From Spirosoma fluviale (GTDB lineage: Bacteria > Bacteroidota > Bacteroidia > Cytophagales > Spirosomataceae): DNA of 41,585 nt. Location: positions 1 to 41,585 of the forward strand of contig CAMARL010000001.1 in the NCBI GenBank assembly GCA_945860325.1, in the 5' to 3' direction. The translations under genes and the position numbers were made by a program. Positions 8,997 through 18,647 of this stretch are shown here, one piece after another. The notes under the pieces were generated by a model. That model did not search any database, had not been told where the DNA came from, and saw nothing but the letters and a program-made list of their open reading frames with translations. Position 1 is the stretch's first letter, and each line of letters starts with the position of its first letter.

Positions 8997-11546
8997 TTAG
9001 GCAATCATTTTTTCTGTCCTTCTAAATGTAGAGACAAATAAGCCAATAAAAATTAAAATAGATCCTACCCAAACTAAATTTATGTATGGCTTTTCCAGCG
9101 CTTTGATGATAATTAAATCTTGTTGGGTTGTATTATAAGAAAAACTAAATTCCTGTGTTTGCGGATTTATAGCAGTAAACTTAATTTTTATCCCCGTTTC
9201 TTCGCTTTCAAATGCGGGCATAGCCACCATTCTATTTTTGATAATGAAGGTGGGTGTTAGTTGGAACTGCTGAAAATTCTTTCCCAACACATTAAAATTA
9301 GCCCGAACGGCTGCATCATTTGCACCCAACACGACATTCTCTACTTCGGTGACACGGGTGACATCCACCAAAATCGCTACAAAATCATTTAAGAATAAAG
9401 TATCTCCGATAGATACCGTCGCATCGACGGTTTGACTCCATTGCTTTTCTGATCCGGCATCTGCGGCAAGGCGTGGATCTAATGAAACGTAGGTATAAAT
9501 ATCGTGATCCCAAGCATGTTTAACATCTGGAGAAATGGCGGTTCCCATTTTGGGATTCATTTGCCAACGAGGAAATAGGGAGACGCTTTTACCTTCTGCG
9601 TTTTTAAATTCCAATTCGTAATAATTATTTTCGGGTTCCACGGTCAAGGTGTCTCCTTTTTTAGCGATGGATTTCCCTTCTTTTTCAATATTTTTCAAAG
9701 CAACTGCATGAAAATCACCTTCAATGATGTCAAAATCTTTGCGGTTAAAATACCCAGGCTTTCCTCTTAATTCTATTTTTCTACCCTTGTAAGTAACTAA
9801 ATAATCCTGCATTTGCGCTCCTTGTCCTAGCCAAAGTGGTAAATTTTCCTTGTTTTCTTTGTTGTCATCCTTGGTGAATTGCTCTACTTTATTGGAGATA
9901 GCAAAGCCCGATCGATTGAGCGAAACAACTTTGGAATAGCCGGACGAAAATAGAACGCCAATAATCATAATTGCCAGGCCTACATGGGAAAGCGCACCTC
10001 CCGCAATGGAGAATTTTTGCTTCGTTAAAAACCACAATATTTGGCCATTCGCCATGAGTGAAAAAAGTCCGCTCCATAATAAAGCGATGTATGGAATTTC
10101 ATACACCTTTTCGAAATTAACGACTAAAACGGTTAATAAAACAGAGCTCAAAAGAGATGAGTAGAGCGGTTTAAATGAAGTGGATTGTTTTAATTTCCCC
10201 CACCAAACATATTGGCCAATTCCGCTTAAAAGTGCTACAGCAATGAATATCCAAATTTGAATTTTACTGTAATGTGCGACTTGATCAGCAGGCAAAGCTA
10301 TATTTGAAACCAGACCAAAGGCCTCTGCAATTTTATTGTATACGGGAATGGACGTCGTAAAAATCAGTTGGAATGCCGATAAAGTCAACACAGAAGCTCC
10401 GACAAAAATCCAAAATTCCTTATGGTAAATGCCAATTTCCTTTTCATCCTTGGGTAAACTTTTCCAACGATACACCGCTAAAATTATGGCCCCAATTAAA
10501 AACGTGAACATATAGATTAGGAGTTGGCCCGAAAGACCTAAATCTGTAAACGAGTGAACGGAAGCATTCCCTAGCACCCCAGACCGATTTAAAAAAGTAG
10601 AATAAAGGACTAAAATAAAAGTCGAGATGACCAAAATAATGGAAGTTTTCAGAGCAGCACTTGAATTCCGATGGGCTATCATGGTATGAATGGCGCCAAT
10701 TAAAACGAGCCATGGAACAAAAGAGGCGTTTTCCACCGGATCCCAATTCCAATATCCTCCAAAATTCAAAGTCTCATAAGCCCAATAGGCACCCATGGTA
10801 ATTCCAATCCCTAAAATGGCTGCTGAAAATGCAGCCCAAGGCAAAGCGGGTTTTATCCATTCGGTCAACTTATTTTTCCATAAACCTGCTATCAAATAAG
10901 CAAAAGGAACGAGTGTCAGTGCAAATCCTAAAAAGAGTGTTGGCGGATGAATCACCATCCAATAATTCTGTAGTAATGGGTTTAGGCCACGTCCATCTTT
11001 TGGAATAAAATTAGGCTGTAAACTCCAAACAGGTAAATCGGGCTGCGCCTCTCTCAACAAAAGAAATGGGGATGATCCGATTTTCAAATCGATCCATGGA
11101 ATAATGACACCTAAAATCATGGAAGTCAAAAAGGTTTGCACTAAGGCAAAAACAGTCATTACGGGCAATTCCCATTTAGGGTTTTTGATCATTAAAATCA
11201 CCCCTAAAATGGCTTGCCAGAATATCCAAAGTAAAAATGAACCTTCTTGGCCTTCCCAATAGCATGAAATCATGAACATGTTAGGCAGTGCTAATGAAGA
11301 ATGCGTGAAGGCGTAATGATATTCAAAATAGTGATTGTAGATAATGACAAAAAGGCTTGTAGCCACGCCAATCACTAAAAATAAATGAATAATAAATAAG
11401 GTTCTAGCCGTTTTTTTCCAATCATTTTCGGCGAGTTCATCGGTCGACTGAGTCGCTTTAAAGTATGAAAATGTGGCTAAAGCGGCCGTTACAAATGACC
11501 CAATTACCATTAAATGACCCGTCGTGCCAATATTTTCGTGTATCAT
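8997..11546 (-). CDS. ccmF: Cytochrome c biogenesis heme lyase CcmF
   Basis: WEGQEGSFLLW, GRGLNPLLQN, IHPP, WWD motif WAYETLNFGGYWNWDPVEN, SVHSF, SHVG. Confidence 0.93.
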   Translation of the reverse strand: MIHENIGTTGHLMVIGSFVTAALATFSYFKATQSTDELAENDWKKTARTLFIIHLFLVIGVATSLFVIIYNHYFEYHYAFTHSSLALPNMFMISCYWEGQEGSFLLWIFWQAILGVILMIKNPKWELPVMTVFALVQTFLTSMILGVIIPWIDLKIGSSPFLLLREAQPDLPVWSLQPNFIPKDGRGLNPLLQNYWMVIHPPTLFLGFALTLVPFAYLIAGLWKNKLTEWIKPALPWAAFSAAILGIGITMGAYWAYETLNFGGYWNWDPVENASFVPWLVLIGAIHTMIAHRNSSAALKTSIILVISTFILVLYSTFLNRSGVLGNASVHSFTDLGLSGQLLIYMFTFLIGAIILAVYRWKSLPKDEKEIGIYHKEFWIFVGASVLTLSAFQLIFTTSIPVYNKIAEAFGLVSNIALPADQVAHYSKIQIWIFIAVALLSGIGQYVWWGKLKQSTSFKPLYSSLLSSVLLTVLVVNFEKVYEIPYIALLWSGLFSLMANGQILWFLTKQKFSIAGGALSHVGLAIMIIGVLFSSGYSKVVSLNRSGFAISNKVEQFTKDDNKENKENLPLWLGQGAQMQDYLVTYKGRKIELRGKPGYFNRKDFDIIEGDFHAVALKNIEKEGKSIAKKGDTLTVEPENNYYELEFKNAEGKSVSLFPRWQMNPKMGTAISPDVKHAWDHDIYTYVSLDPRLAADAGSEKQWSQTVDATVSIGDTLFLNDFVAILVDVTRVTEVENVVLGANDAAVRANFNVLGKNFQQFQLTPTFIIKNRMVAMPAFESEETGIKIKFTAINPQTQEFSFSYNTTQQDLIIIKALEKPYINLVWVGSILIFIGLFVSTFRRTEKMIA

Positions 11547-11548
11547 AT

Positions 11549-11992
11549 TTATTTTTTCGCTTCTAGTGAAGCACTTGAATCAACAGAAATTGTACCCTCT
11601 TGATATTTGGATGGGCATTTTAAAAGAATTTTGTCGCAATAAAAGATCTTGTCTGCTTTCATACTTCCGACTAAAACAATTTTTTCGGATTTTTCAAAAT
11701 CCTGAGGCTTTGGGGCGGCATAAATGACTTGGTTTTCACGGCCTAAACTATCTGACACCGTAAACTCTAGTCGGTTTGCATCCAAGGCAGGGTTAAATAC
11801 CATCCCTATAATCTTCCCTTGAGCGTCTTTTTTAAGTTTTCCTACGACATGTACTTTTTGGGATGGGTCAGATTTCGAAATTTTTTCTGCTTCATCAAAG
11901 CCAACATACGTACTCGCGTCGCTCGTCGTAATTAAAATAATGCCGATAGCAATGGCTACCAAAATCAAACCAATGATATGTGTTTTTTTCAT
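11549..11992 (-). CDS. ccmE: Heme chaperone CcmE (CxxxY variant)
   Basis: N-terminal anchor, VHVVG, KPQDF, LLKCPSKY; lies between ccmD and ccmF. Confidence 0.9.
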   Translation of the reverse strand: MKKTHIIGLILVAIAIGIILITTSDASTYVGFDEAEKISKSDPSQKVHVVGKLKKDAQGKIIGMVFNPALDANRLEFTVSDSLGRENQVIYAAPKPQDFEKSEKIVLVGSMKADKIFYCDKILLKCPSKYQEGTISVDSSASLEAKK

Positions 11993-11993
11993 A

Positions 11994-12212
11994 TTAAGCT
12001 TTCTTAGGAATCTCTTTTTCTAGTCGGGTAATTTTATTGCCCAAGTTGAAAAGGTAGATAAAAAGACCCACGAGAATTAATAAAACTACTGCAATGACTA
12101 CATATATTTTCCCATCGGCACGGAATTGATCCGCCATTTCGATGTCGGCTTGTTGGGCCATCCCAGTAAAACTGCTAACTAAAAGAATCAATAAAGTGTT
12201 TGAAAATTTCAT
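11994..12212 (-). CDS. ccmD: CcmD-family small membrane protein
   Basis: 72 aa; GKIYVVIAVVLLILVGLFIYL TM followed by a charged tail; between ccmC and ccmE. Confidence 0.8.
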   Translation of the reverse strand: MKFSNTLLILLVSSFTGMAQQADIEMADQFRADGKIYVVIAVVLLILVGLFIYLFNLGNKITRLEKEIPKKA

Positions 12213-12214
12213 AT

Positions 12215-12889
12215 CTATTCGTTTTCTGATGTTATGTGTTCTAATTTTTTTATACGAATTCTAAGGTTTGTGATCCAATAGCCTAACAGGGTCCAAGCTA
12301 TAATTGCCGGGTAAAAGACCAATCGCATATTGGAGTCTAAATCATATTTTGAAAATCCTGGATTCCCTCCATTTCCCGGATGTAATGAATCGGTCATACG
12401 AGGCAATATCCAAATCAAAATCATGAAAATAACAAAGGCAAAAATATTGTAAACATTTGATATTCTTGCTTTTTGCTGTTCATCTGGCATGGAGGAACGC
12501 ACTAAGCCATAGGCCAAATAAATTAATAGACCGATCGCAACCGAATTTAATTTTGGGTCGTTGGTCCACCAATCTCCCCACGTAAATTTCGCCCAAAGGC
12601 TGCCTGTAACTAGACCTAAGGTGGCAAAAACTAAACCGGTCTCCACATAGGCATTGGAGATGAGATCACTTTTGATGTCTGATTTTCGAAGGTATTGAAT
12701 CGAATGGTATACCGAGGTTCCCAATAAAAAAATCATGGTAAACCACATCGTGACATGAAAATATAAATTTCTCACGGTTTCATTTAGAATGGCTTGTCGG
12801 GGCACCTTCCCCATAAATCCTGCCCAAATCGTATAGATTAAAAGCAGCATACAGGCTATTTTCCAATAATTCTTTTTTAATGTCTCCAT
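12215..12889 (-). CDS. ccmC: Heme exporter protein CcmC
   Basis: NLYFHV, WWD motif TGSLWAKFTWGDWWTNDPK, SLHP. Confidence 0.92.
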   Translation of the reverse strand: METLKKNYWKIACMLLLIYTIWAGFMGKVPRQAILNETVRNLYFHVTMWFTMIFLLGTSVYHSIQYLRKSDIKSDLISNAYVETGLVFATLGLVTGSLWAKFTWGDWWTNDPKLNSVAIGLLIYLAYGLVRSSMPDEQQKARISNVYNIFAFVIFMILIWILPRMTDSLHPGNGGNPGFSKYDLDSNMRLVFYPAIIAWTLLGYWITNLRIRIKKLEHITSENE

Positions 12890-13545
12890 ATATAGGGGAA
12901 TAAAATTCCTGATAATACTATAACAATTACGTCTAAGGAGGCCAAAGTAGCCATTTCATCCCAATTCTCCTGCATGGATATTCCATCCATCGCACTTTTT
13001 GATAGTTTAAGTAAGAGCAATAAAAGTGGTATGATGATGGGAAAACTAAGAACCGACATCAACGTGGCTGAATTTTCGCCTTGTGCAGCTATTCCTGCGA
13101 CCATCGTCAGTGTTGCTGAAAAACCAATAGATCCTAATAGTAATGAGAGAAGATACAAAGGTAAATTCCCCACTGGATTCCCCATGACCCAAGAATAAAA
13201 TAAAATACCGACAAATGAAATGCCGATCATTACAAGCGCATTGTAGAAAATTTTCGAGTAGATGACCGCTTCTGGGCTTACGATCGAATAATAAAATAGA
13301 TTGCGCTGTTTTGATTCTTGCGTGAAACTTTTACCGATGGCGTTGACGGCGATAAATAAGATAATGAGCCAAAATAAGGTATTCCAAGTGATGGGATTGA
13401 TGGCTTGTTGCTTGGCCTTAAAAGATAAATAACAAACAAATATAGTGGAGGCCAAATACAAAAGTAATCCATGAATCGCGTATTTCTGACGCCATTCCAT
13501 CTGGATTTCTTTTTTAACCAACACGCGTATTTCTTTTATTAGCAT
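12877..13545 (-). CDS. ccmB: Heme exporter permease CcmB
   Basis: Six-TM protein, KEIQMEWR start, LMSVLSFPIIIPLLL; first gene of the ccm operon. Confidence 0.88.
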   Translation of the reverse strand: MLIKEIRVLVKKEIQMEWRQKYAIHGLLLYLASTIFVCYLSFKAKQQAINPITWNTLFWLIILFIAVNAIGKSFTQESKQRNLFYYSIVSPEAVIYSKIFYNALVMIGISFVGILFYSWVMGNPVGNLPLYLLSLLLGSIGFSATLTMVAGIAAQGENSATLMSVLSFPIIIPLLLLLLKLSKSAMDGISMQENWDEMATLASLDVIVIVLSGILFPYIWRH

Positions 13546-13712
13546 GAATTAATCTAATCGGACACGCAATTTACGACAGAAAATTTGCTTTAAGGAATAT
13601 TATATAAGTATTTTACCCTGGGATTAATCGTAAATCTGTTGATTTGAATCTTTCAGCATTAGACATCAAATTAAATCTCCACTTGATCATTTTTTAGCTC
13701 GGATATACTTAG

Positions 13713-13720
13713 TACATTTG
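13713..13720 (+). promoter_or_regulatory. -7 promoter element for feoAB
   Basis: TACATTTG matches TAnnTTTG, 43 nt upstream of the feoA ATG. Confidence 0.65.
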
Positions 13721-13726
13721 TAGCTA

Positions 13727-13745
13727 ATTTTGAATAATTCTAAAT
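13727..13745. promoter_or_regulatory. Fur-box-like 19-bp palindrome upstream of feoA
   Basis: ATTTTGAAT-A-ATTCTAAAT, 9-1-9 inverted repeat with one mismatch, just downstream of the -7 element of an iron uptake operon. Confidence 0.7.
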
Positions 13746-13763
13746 AGGAAAGCTTAGTTCTAT

Positions 13764-13988
13764 ATGCGTACAGTTGCAGATTTGGGTATTGGTGAACATG
13801 GGTTTATTTCAGGTTTTACGGATGAAAAACTTTCCTTAAAATTATTAGAAATGGGTTGTTTGCCAGGTACGGAAGTGATTTTAACGCATCATGCTCCATT
13901 TGGTGACCCTATTGCCATTAAAGTTTCAGGCTATACTCTATCGATGCGAAGAGAAGAGGCGGCCACCATCCTAATTAATCATAAGTAA
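13764..13988 (+). CDS. feoA: Ferrous iron transport protein A
   Basis: KLLEMGCLPG, APFGDPI, LSMRREEA. Confidence 0.95.
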   Translation: MRTVADLGIGEHGFISGFTDEKLSLKLLEMGCLPGTEVILTHHAPFGDPIAIKVSGYTLSMRREEAATILINHK

Positions 13989-13989
13989 A

Positions 13990-16116
13990 TTGGCTAAAAT
14001 CCCTAAAATAGCATTGATTGGAAACCCAAATGCGGGGAAGTCGTCCTTGTTCAACACATTGACTGGCCTACGTCAAAAAACGGGAAATTTCCCTGGCGTG
14101 ACCATGGATAAATTAACCGGAATATGGGAATTAGGTCCAAAAAATCAAATTGAGATATTAGATTTACCGGGAATATATAGTATTTATCCAAAGTCCATCG
14201 ACGAGGAATTAGTGATTAATATTTTGGGCAATCCGGCACATCCTGATTATCCCGATATGGTCATTGTCGTGGCAGATGCATCTAACTTAAAGCGAAATTT
14301 ATTGCTTTTTTCTCAAGTTCGTGACTTGGGAATTCCTACTGTTTTGGCTCTCAACATGATTGATGTAGCGGAAAATGAAGGCTATGTGATCAACTCGATC
14401 AAGTTAGCTCGGGAACTAAGTGTTGAGGTGGCGGAAGTAAATGCTAAAAAGGGAATTGGTGTTAATGGATTAAAATTAGCGGTTCAAAAAACCTTAGAAA
14501 ATCGATTTGCATCCAATGATGGCTTGCCACTTCCGGTATCGGAGGAGCTGATCGACGAAATTCAGGCGGCGTTTGGAGAGGTGGATCCTTACCGATGTTT
14601 ACTTTGGCTGATGGAACATGATCGAATGAAAATGTTTACGAAAGCTCAGTGTGCAGATTTGGATCAAATCATGGTCAAACATGATTTTGAACCCAAAAAA
14701 TACAAGTCGGCCGAAACTGTGAAACGCTATGAGTTTTTAACTGAGGTAGTCGATCGTTGCGTGATTAATTTAAATCGACAATGGGATGCGCCACCGGTGA
14801 AAACATGGACAGACCGATTAGATAAATTATTTTTACATCCTGTTGGCGGATACCTATTTTTTTTGGCGATTTTATTTGTCATGTTTCAAGCCGTTTTTAC
14901 GTGGGCCACGTATCCCATGGATGCCATAGACGCCGGTGTGGCTTTTTTAAATGATTGGTTGAAAGATATACTTCCAGAATCAACCTTAAGAGGATTGTTG
15001 ACCGATGGATTAATTGCAGGAATTGGGGGTGTTTTGATCTTTATTCCACAAATCGCCTTCTTGTTTTTCTTTATCTCTATGTTGGAGGAAACGGGCTATA
15101 TGTCTCGGGTGATGTTTATCATGGATAAATTAATGCGCCGATTTGGATTAAATGGAAAGTCGGTGGTTCCTCTTCTCTCCAGTGTAGCCTGTGCCGTGCC
15201 TGCCATTATGAGTACTCGGTCTATCGGGTCAAGAAAAGATCGTTTGATCACTATTTTGGTGACACCTTTGATGTCATGTTCGGCGCGATTGCCAATTTAC
15301 ACGGTGTTGATTGCCCTAGTGGTTCCTGAAAAAAACACTTTGTTTGGGCTTTTCAACTTACAAGGATTGGTGTTATTTATCTTGTATTTGCTAGGATTTT
15401 TTATGGCATTATTTTCAGCCTACATCATGAAATTGATTCTCAAGGCGAAGGAAAAGAGTTACTTCATCATGGAATTACCCACCTATAAAGCACCGAGATT
15501 TAAGCATGTGAGCTATACAATTTTGAATAATGTGAAGGCTTTTGTTTTTGAAGCGGGTAAAGTCATTGTAGCTATTTCGATTATCTTATGGGTATTAGCC
15601 AGCTATGGCCCTGGAAATAGTATGGAGGATGCGAGCAACCGAATTAAAATTCAAAACCCAAATTTATCAGGTGTTGAACTGACTAATAAAATAGCCGGGG
15701 AAAAATTAGAAAATTCCTATGCGGGTCATTTTGGTAAGTTTATCGAACCTGCTATCAGGCCTTTGGGCTATGATTGGAAAATAGGTATTGCGCTGATCAC
15801 TTCATTTGCGGCCCGAGAGGTATTTGTGGGCACCATGTCGACCATTTATAGCTTAGGGGGTGAGATTGACAATGAAAATGCGACGATCAAAAATAGAATG
15901 CGTGCTGAGGTAAATCCCCAAACTGGGAAACCGATGTATGATCTGGCTTTAGGATTTTCTTTGCTGATTTTCTATGCCTTTGCCATGCAATGCATGAGCA
16001 CGTTGGCAACGACCTACCGAGAAACTAAATCGTGGAAATACCCGTTGATTCAATTCGGATATATGACCGCATTAGCGTATTTGTCTGCTTTTCTAGTCTA
16101 CCAAACGCTTTCTTAA
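13990..16116 (+). CDS. feoB: Ferrous iron transport protein B
   Basis: TTG start; G1 GNPNAGKS, GNFPGVT, G3 DLPG, G4 NMID; LEETGYMSR, CSARLP, AAREVFV. Confidence 0.96.
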   Translation: MAKIPKIALIGNPNAGKSSLFNTLTGLRQKTGNFPGVTMDKLTGIWELGPKNQIEILDLPGIYSIYPKSIDEELVINILGNPAHPDYPDMVIVVADASNLKRNLLLFSQVRDLGIPTVLALNMIDVAENEGYVINSIKLARELSVEVAEVNAKKGIGVNGLKLAVQKTLENRFASNDGLPLPVSEELIDEIQAAFGEVDPYRCLLWLMEHDRMKMFTKAQCADLDQIMVKHDFEPKKYKSAETVKRYEFLTEVVDRCVINLNRQWDAPPVKTWTDRLDKLFLHPVGGYLFFLAILFVMFQAVFTWATYPMDAIDAGVAFLNDWLKDILPESTLRGLLTDGLIAGIGGVLIFIPQIAFLFFFISMLEETGYMSRVMFIMDKLMRRFGLNGKSVVPLLSSVACAVPAIMSTRSIGSRKDRLITILVTPLMSCSARLPIYTVLIALVVPEKNTLFGLFNLQGLVLFILYLLGFFMALFSAYIMKLILKAKEKSYFIMELPTYKAPRFKHVSYTILNNVKAFVFEAGKVIVAISIILWVLASYGPGNSMEDASNRIKIQNPNLSGVELTNKIAGEKLENSYAGHFGKFIEPAIRPLGYDWKIGIALITSFAAREVFVGTMSTIYSLGGEIDNENATIKNRMRAEVNPQTGKPMYDLALGFSLLIFYAFAMQCMSTLATTYRETKSWKYPLIQFGYMTALAYLSAFLVYQTLS

Positions 16117-16562
16117 ATTTTAATCGGGATAGAAGTGGCCGCTAAATTGCTCGTCGCTTTCGCTAAAATTTTCCCATCCTGATTGTACATTTTGGCTTCT
16201 ACATTAGCTATTTTCTTGCCCACTCGGTAGACCTCTGAGGTAACCGTAACTTTTTCACCTGCTTTAGCGCCATATAGAAAGTCGACATGCAAATTGATGG
16301 TTACATAAAGGTGATCTATCTGAACGGTAATCAAGGTCATTCCCATGATTTCATCCAACATCGTTGAAATAATACCCCCGTGTAAAACGCCAGCATGATT
16401 ACATTGGTCTGCTCTCACGTCAAATTCAGCTGTAATTGAGCCTAATGTGGCTTTTTTCAAGGTGCCGTCTAACCACGTAGATACAGCGTTCGGGTTTCCG
16501 TCAACAATCTTGCGATCTAAATTTTGGTTCAAAAACTGAAGAACCGTTTCGTTTGGTTTCAT
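16113..16562 (-). CDS. PaaI-family hotdog thioesterase
   Basis: NHAGVLHGGIISTMLDEIMG and TINLHVDFL. Confidence 0.9.
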   Translation of the reverse strand: MKPNETVLQFLNQNLDRKIVDGNPNAVSTWLDGTLKKATLGSITAEFDVRADQCNHAGVLHGGIISTMLDEIMGMTLITVQIDHLYVTINLHVDFLYGAKAGEKVTVTSEVYRVGKKIANVEAKMYNQDGKILAKATSNLAATSIPIKI

Positions 16563-16591
16563 ATTAATTGGTTAGGCGGAAAAATAATTTT

Positions 16592-17011
16592 TTACGAGCG
16601 GGTCCATGTAGATGTCCGACCAAACATAGGCACTCCCACATATCCTCGAATATCTAGGACTTTGTTATTGTCTTTTACTTTTAAAATACAATCGTAGGTT
16701 TTACCTGATTTAGGGTCATAAATTTTGCCATCTTCCCAAGCGGATCCTGTGAATTTAAAATCTTGAAGAATAACGGTATTTACAATATCTCTTGAACGTA
16801 ATTTAGAATCTGGATTATTAACATCTTTTTTACCAGGCGTTTTTGACCAAATAATTTTGCCATAAAATTTATCACCTTGTTTGTAAATACTGATTTTCCC
16901 GTCTTTTTCTTGGGAAAGCCACTCGCCTAAAATGGCATCAGGACCTGAACTTGCAAATGAATTAGCATGTAAAATAAGGGTGCTTAGCAATAATAAAAAT
17001 GTTGTTTTCAT
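16592..17011 (-). CDS. DUF2147 family secreted protein
   Basis: Signal peptide from ATG 17011 (MKTTFLLLL); ILGEW, DVNNPD, WEDGKIYDPKSGKTY, IRGYVG, GRTSTWTR. Confidence 0.88.
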   Translation of the reverse strand: MKTTFLLLLSTLILHANSFASSGPDAILGEWLSQEKDGKISIYKQGDKFYGKIIWSKTPGKKDVNNPDSKLRSRDIVNTVILQDFKFTGSAWEDGKIYDPKSGKTYDCILKVKDNNKVLDIRGYVGVPMFGRTSTWTRS

Positions 17012-17033
17012 AGATAGAAATTTTTTGAATGTG

Positions 17034-17041
17034 CAAATATA
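17034..17041 (-). promoter_or_regulatory. -7 promoter element for the DUF2147-thioesterase unit
   Basis: TATATTTG on the minus strand; lies inside the track's 5' extension and supports the 17011 start. Confidence 0.6.
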
Positions 17042-17110
17042 TGGTGAAATCATGATAAATTACTAAACTAATAGAATTCGAAAAGGTTTGCTGACCTCAT
17101 TCGGAATACT

Positions 17111-17118
17111 TATTTTTG
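17111..17118 (+). promoter_or_regulatory. -7 promoter element for comA-dedA-aroE
   Basis: TATTTTTG with TTTG at 17087-17090 as a candidate -33 element. Confidence 0.6.
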
Positions 17119-17171
17119 TACCAAATTTCTATTTAAATTTACATGAAGAAAATCACAGCCAATATTACATT

Positions 17172-17933
17172 ATGAATTATATTTTAGATCAAATTCCAGA
17201 GAGAACTTCAAAACCACGTCAAAAGGGATTGACGATGGTCATGGACAAAGGGTTGAGTTTAAGGCAAGTAGAAGATTTCATTGAGATGGGCGGCGCTCAT
17301 ACCGACATCGTCAAACTAGGTTGGGCCACGTCTTATGTGACACCTAATTTGAAAGAAAAATTAGCCATGTATAAATCAGCAGGAATCCCCGTTTATTTTG
17401 GCGGTACCTTATTTGAAGCATTTTATATTCGAGGCCAAGTAGATGAATATCAGCGTGTACTAGACCAATATGGGATGGAATATGCTGAAATTTCAGATGG
17501 TTCCGTGGATATGCCTTCCGATGTCAAATGTGAATTTATTCAGAAATTATCCAAACAAGTGATTGTTCTTTCTGAAGTGGGTTCCAAAGATGAGGCTAAA
17601 ATAATTCCTCCCTATAAGTGGATCAAGTTGATGAAAATGGAATTGGAAGCCGGTTCGTGGAAAGTGATTGGAGAAGCTAGGGAAGGAGGAAATGTGGGTT
17701 TATTCCGTTCGACAGGAGAAGTTCGGCAAGGATTAGTGGAAGAGATTTTGACTGAAATTCCCGAAGAAAAAATAATCTGGGAGGCACCTCAGAAGTCCCA
17801 ACAGGTTTGGTTTGTTAAGTTAGTTGGCGCTAATGTGAATGTCGGCAACATCGCTCCTAACGAAGTTATTTCGTTAGAAACTATTCGTTTAGGTTTACGA
17901 GGTGATACATTTGACGATTTTTTAACTAAATAA
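17172..17933 (+). CDS. comA: Phosphosulfolactate synthase (ComA family)
   Basis: GLTMVMDKGL, DIVKLGWAT, GGTLFE, EISDGS, SEVGSK, EARE, IIWEAP, NVNVGNI, LETIRLGLRGDT; start moved to ATG 17172 downstream of the promoter. Confidence 0.9.
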   Translation: MNYILDQIPERTSKPRQKGLTMVMDKGLSLRQVEDFIEMGGAHTDIVKLGWATSYVTPNLKEKLAMYKSAGIPVYFGGTLFEAFYIRGQVDEYQRVLDQYGMEYAEISDGSVDMPSDVKCEFIQKLSKQVIVLSEVGSKDEAKIIPPYKWIKLMKMELEAGSWKVIGEAREGGNVGLFRSTGEVRQGLVEEILTEIPEEKIIWEAPQKSQQVWFVKLVGANVNVGNIAPNEVISLETIRLGLRGDTFDDFLTK

Positions 17934-18005
17934 ATTACATTTTTAGGGCCTACCCAACACAAATAAAGGGTGTTTTGGGCTCATTTATTTTTATTAAATA
18001 TCCAC

Positions 18006-18641
18006 ATGCTTCAATCACTTTTGGATTTGTTAAAAGATCCCTTGCAATTTCTTACTGAGTTTATTTCGGCCAACGGATCTTTGACGTATGCACTATTATT
18101 TTTAATCGTGTTTGTGGAAACAGGACTCGTGGTTATGCCCTTACTTCCTGGAGATTCTTTGCTATTTTCAGTGGGTTTATTGGCCTCAGCTTCGGGCCAA
18201 CTAGATGTTTATTTTGTCATTCCACTACTGATTTTGGCAGCATTATCTGGAGATCAAGTCAATTATTTTTTAGGAAGATATTTCAGTTCTTGGATTAGGG
18301 AAAGGGAGCAAATCTTGTTTTTGAAGCGTTCACACGTAGAACAAACGGAAACATTTTATGCTAAATATGGGGCAAAGACCGTTATTTTAGCCAGGTTTAT
18401 TCCTATTGTAAGAACGGTGGCCCCTTTCGTTGCCGGCGCCGGCCGCATGTCGTATCCCGTTTATTTACTTTATGGATTTTTAGGCGCATGCCTTTGGGTT
18501 ACTTCCATAACCATCGCAGGGTTTTATTTAGGGGATAATGCCTTTATCAAAGAGAATTTTGAAAAGGTAGTCCTTGGGATCGTTGGGGTTTCAGTATTGC
18601 CTATCTTGGTTGGATTGATCAAGCAACGCTTAGCCAAATAA
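18006..18641 (+). CDS. DedA family (VTT domain) membrane protein
   Basis: FVETGL, LPGDSLLF, GDQVNY, ARFIPIVRT; ATG 18006 preferred over GTG 17970. Confidence 0.92.
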   Translation: MLQSLLDLLKDPLQFLTEFISANGSLTYALLFLIVFVETGLVVMPLLPGDSLLFSVGLLASASGQLDVYFVIPLLILAALSGDQVNYFLGRYFSSWIREREQILFLKRSHVEQTETFYAKYGAKTVILARFIPIVRTVAPFVAGAGRMSYPVYLLYGFLGACLWVTSITIAGFYLGDNAFIKENFEKVVLGIVGVSVLPILVGLIKQRLAK

Positions 18642-18647
18642 AAATTT

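Noticed and set aside
17088-17171. 5' extensions in the track for comA, and similarly for the DUF2147, dedA, PRTase and phyH genes
   Set aside because: They use non-ATG or upstream starts, in two cases spanning TAnnTTTG promoter elements; downstream ATGs fit the protein families better
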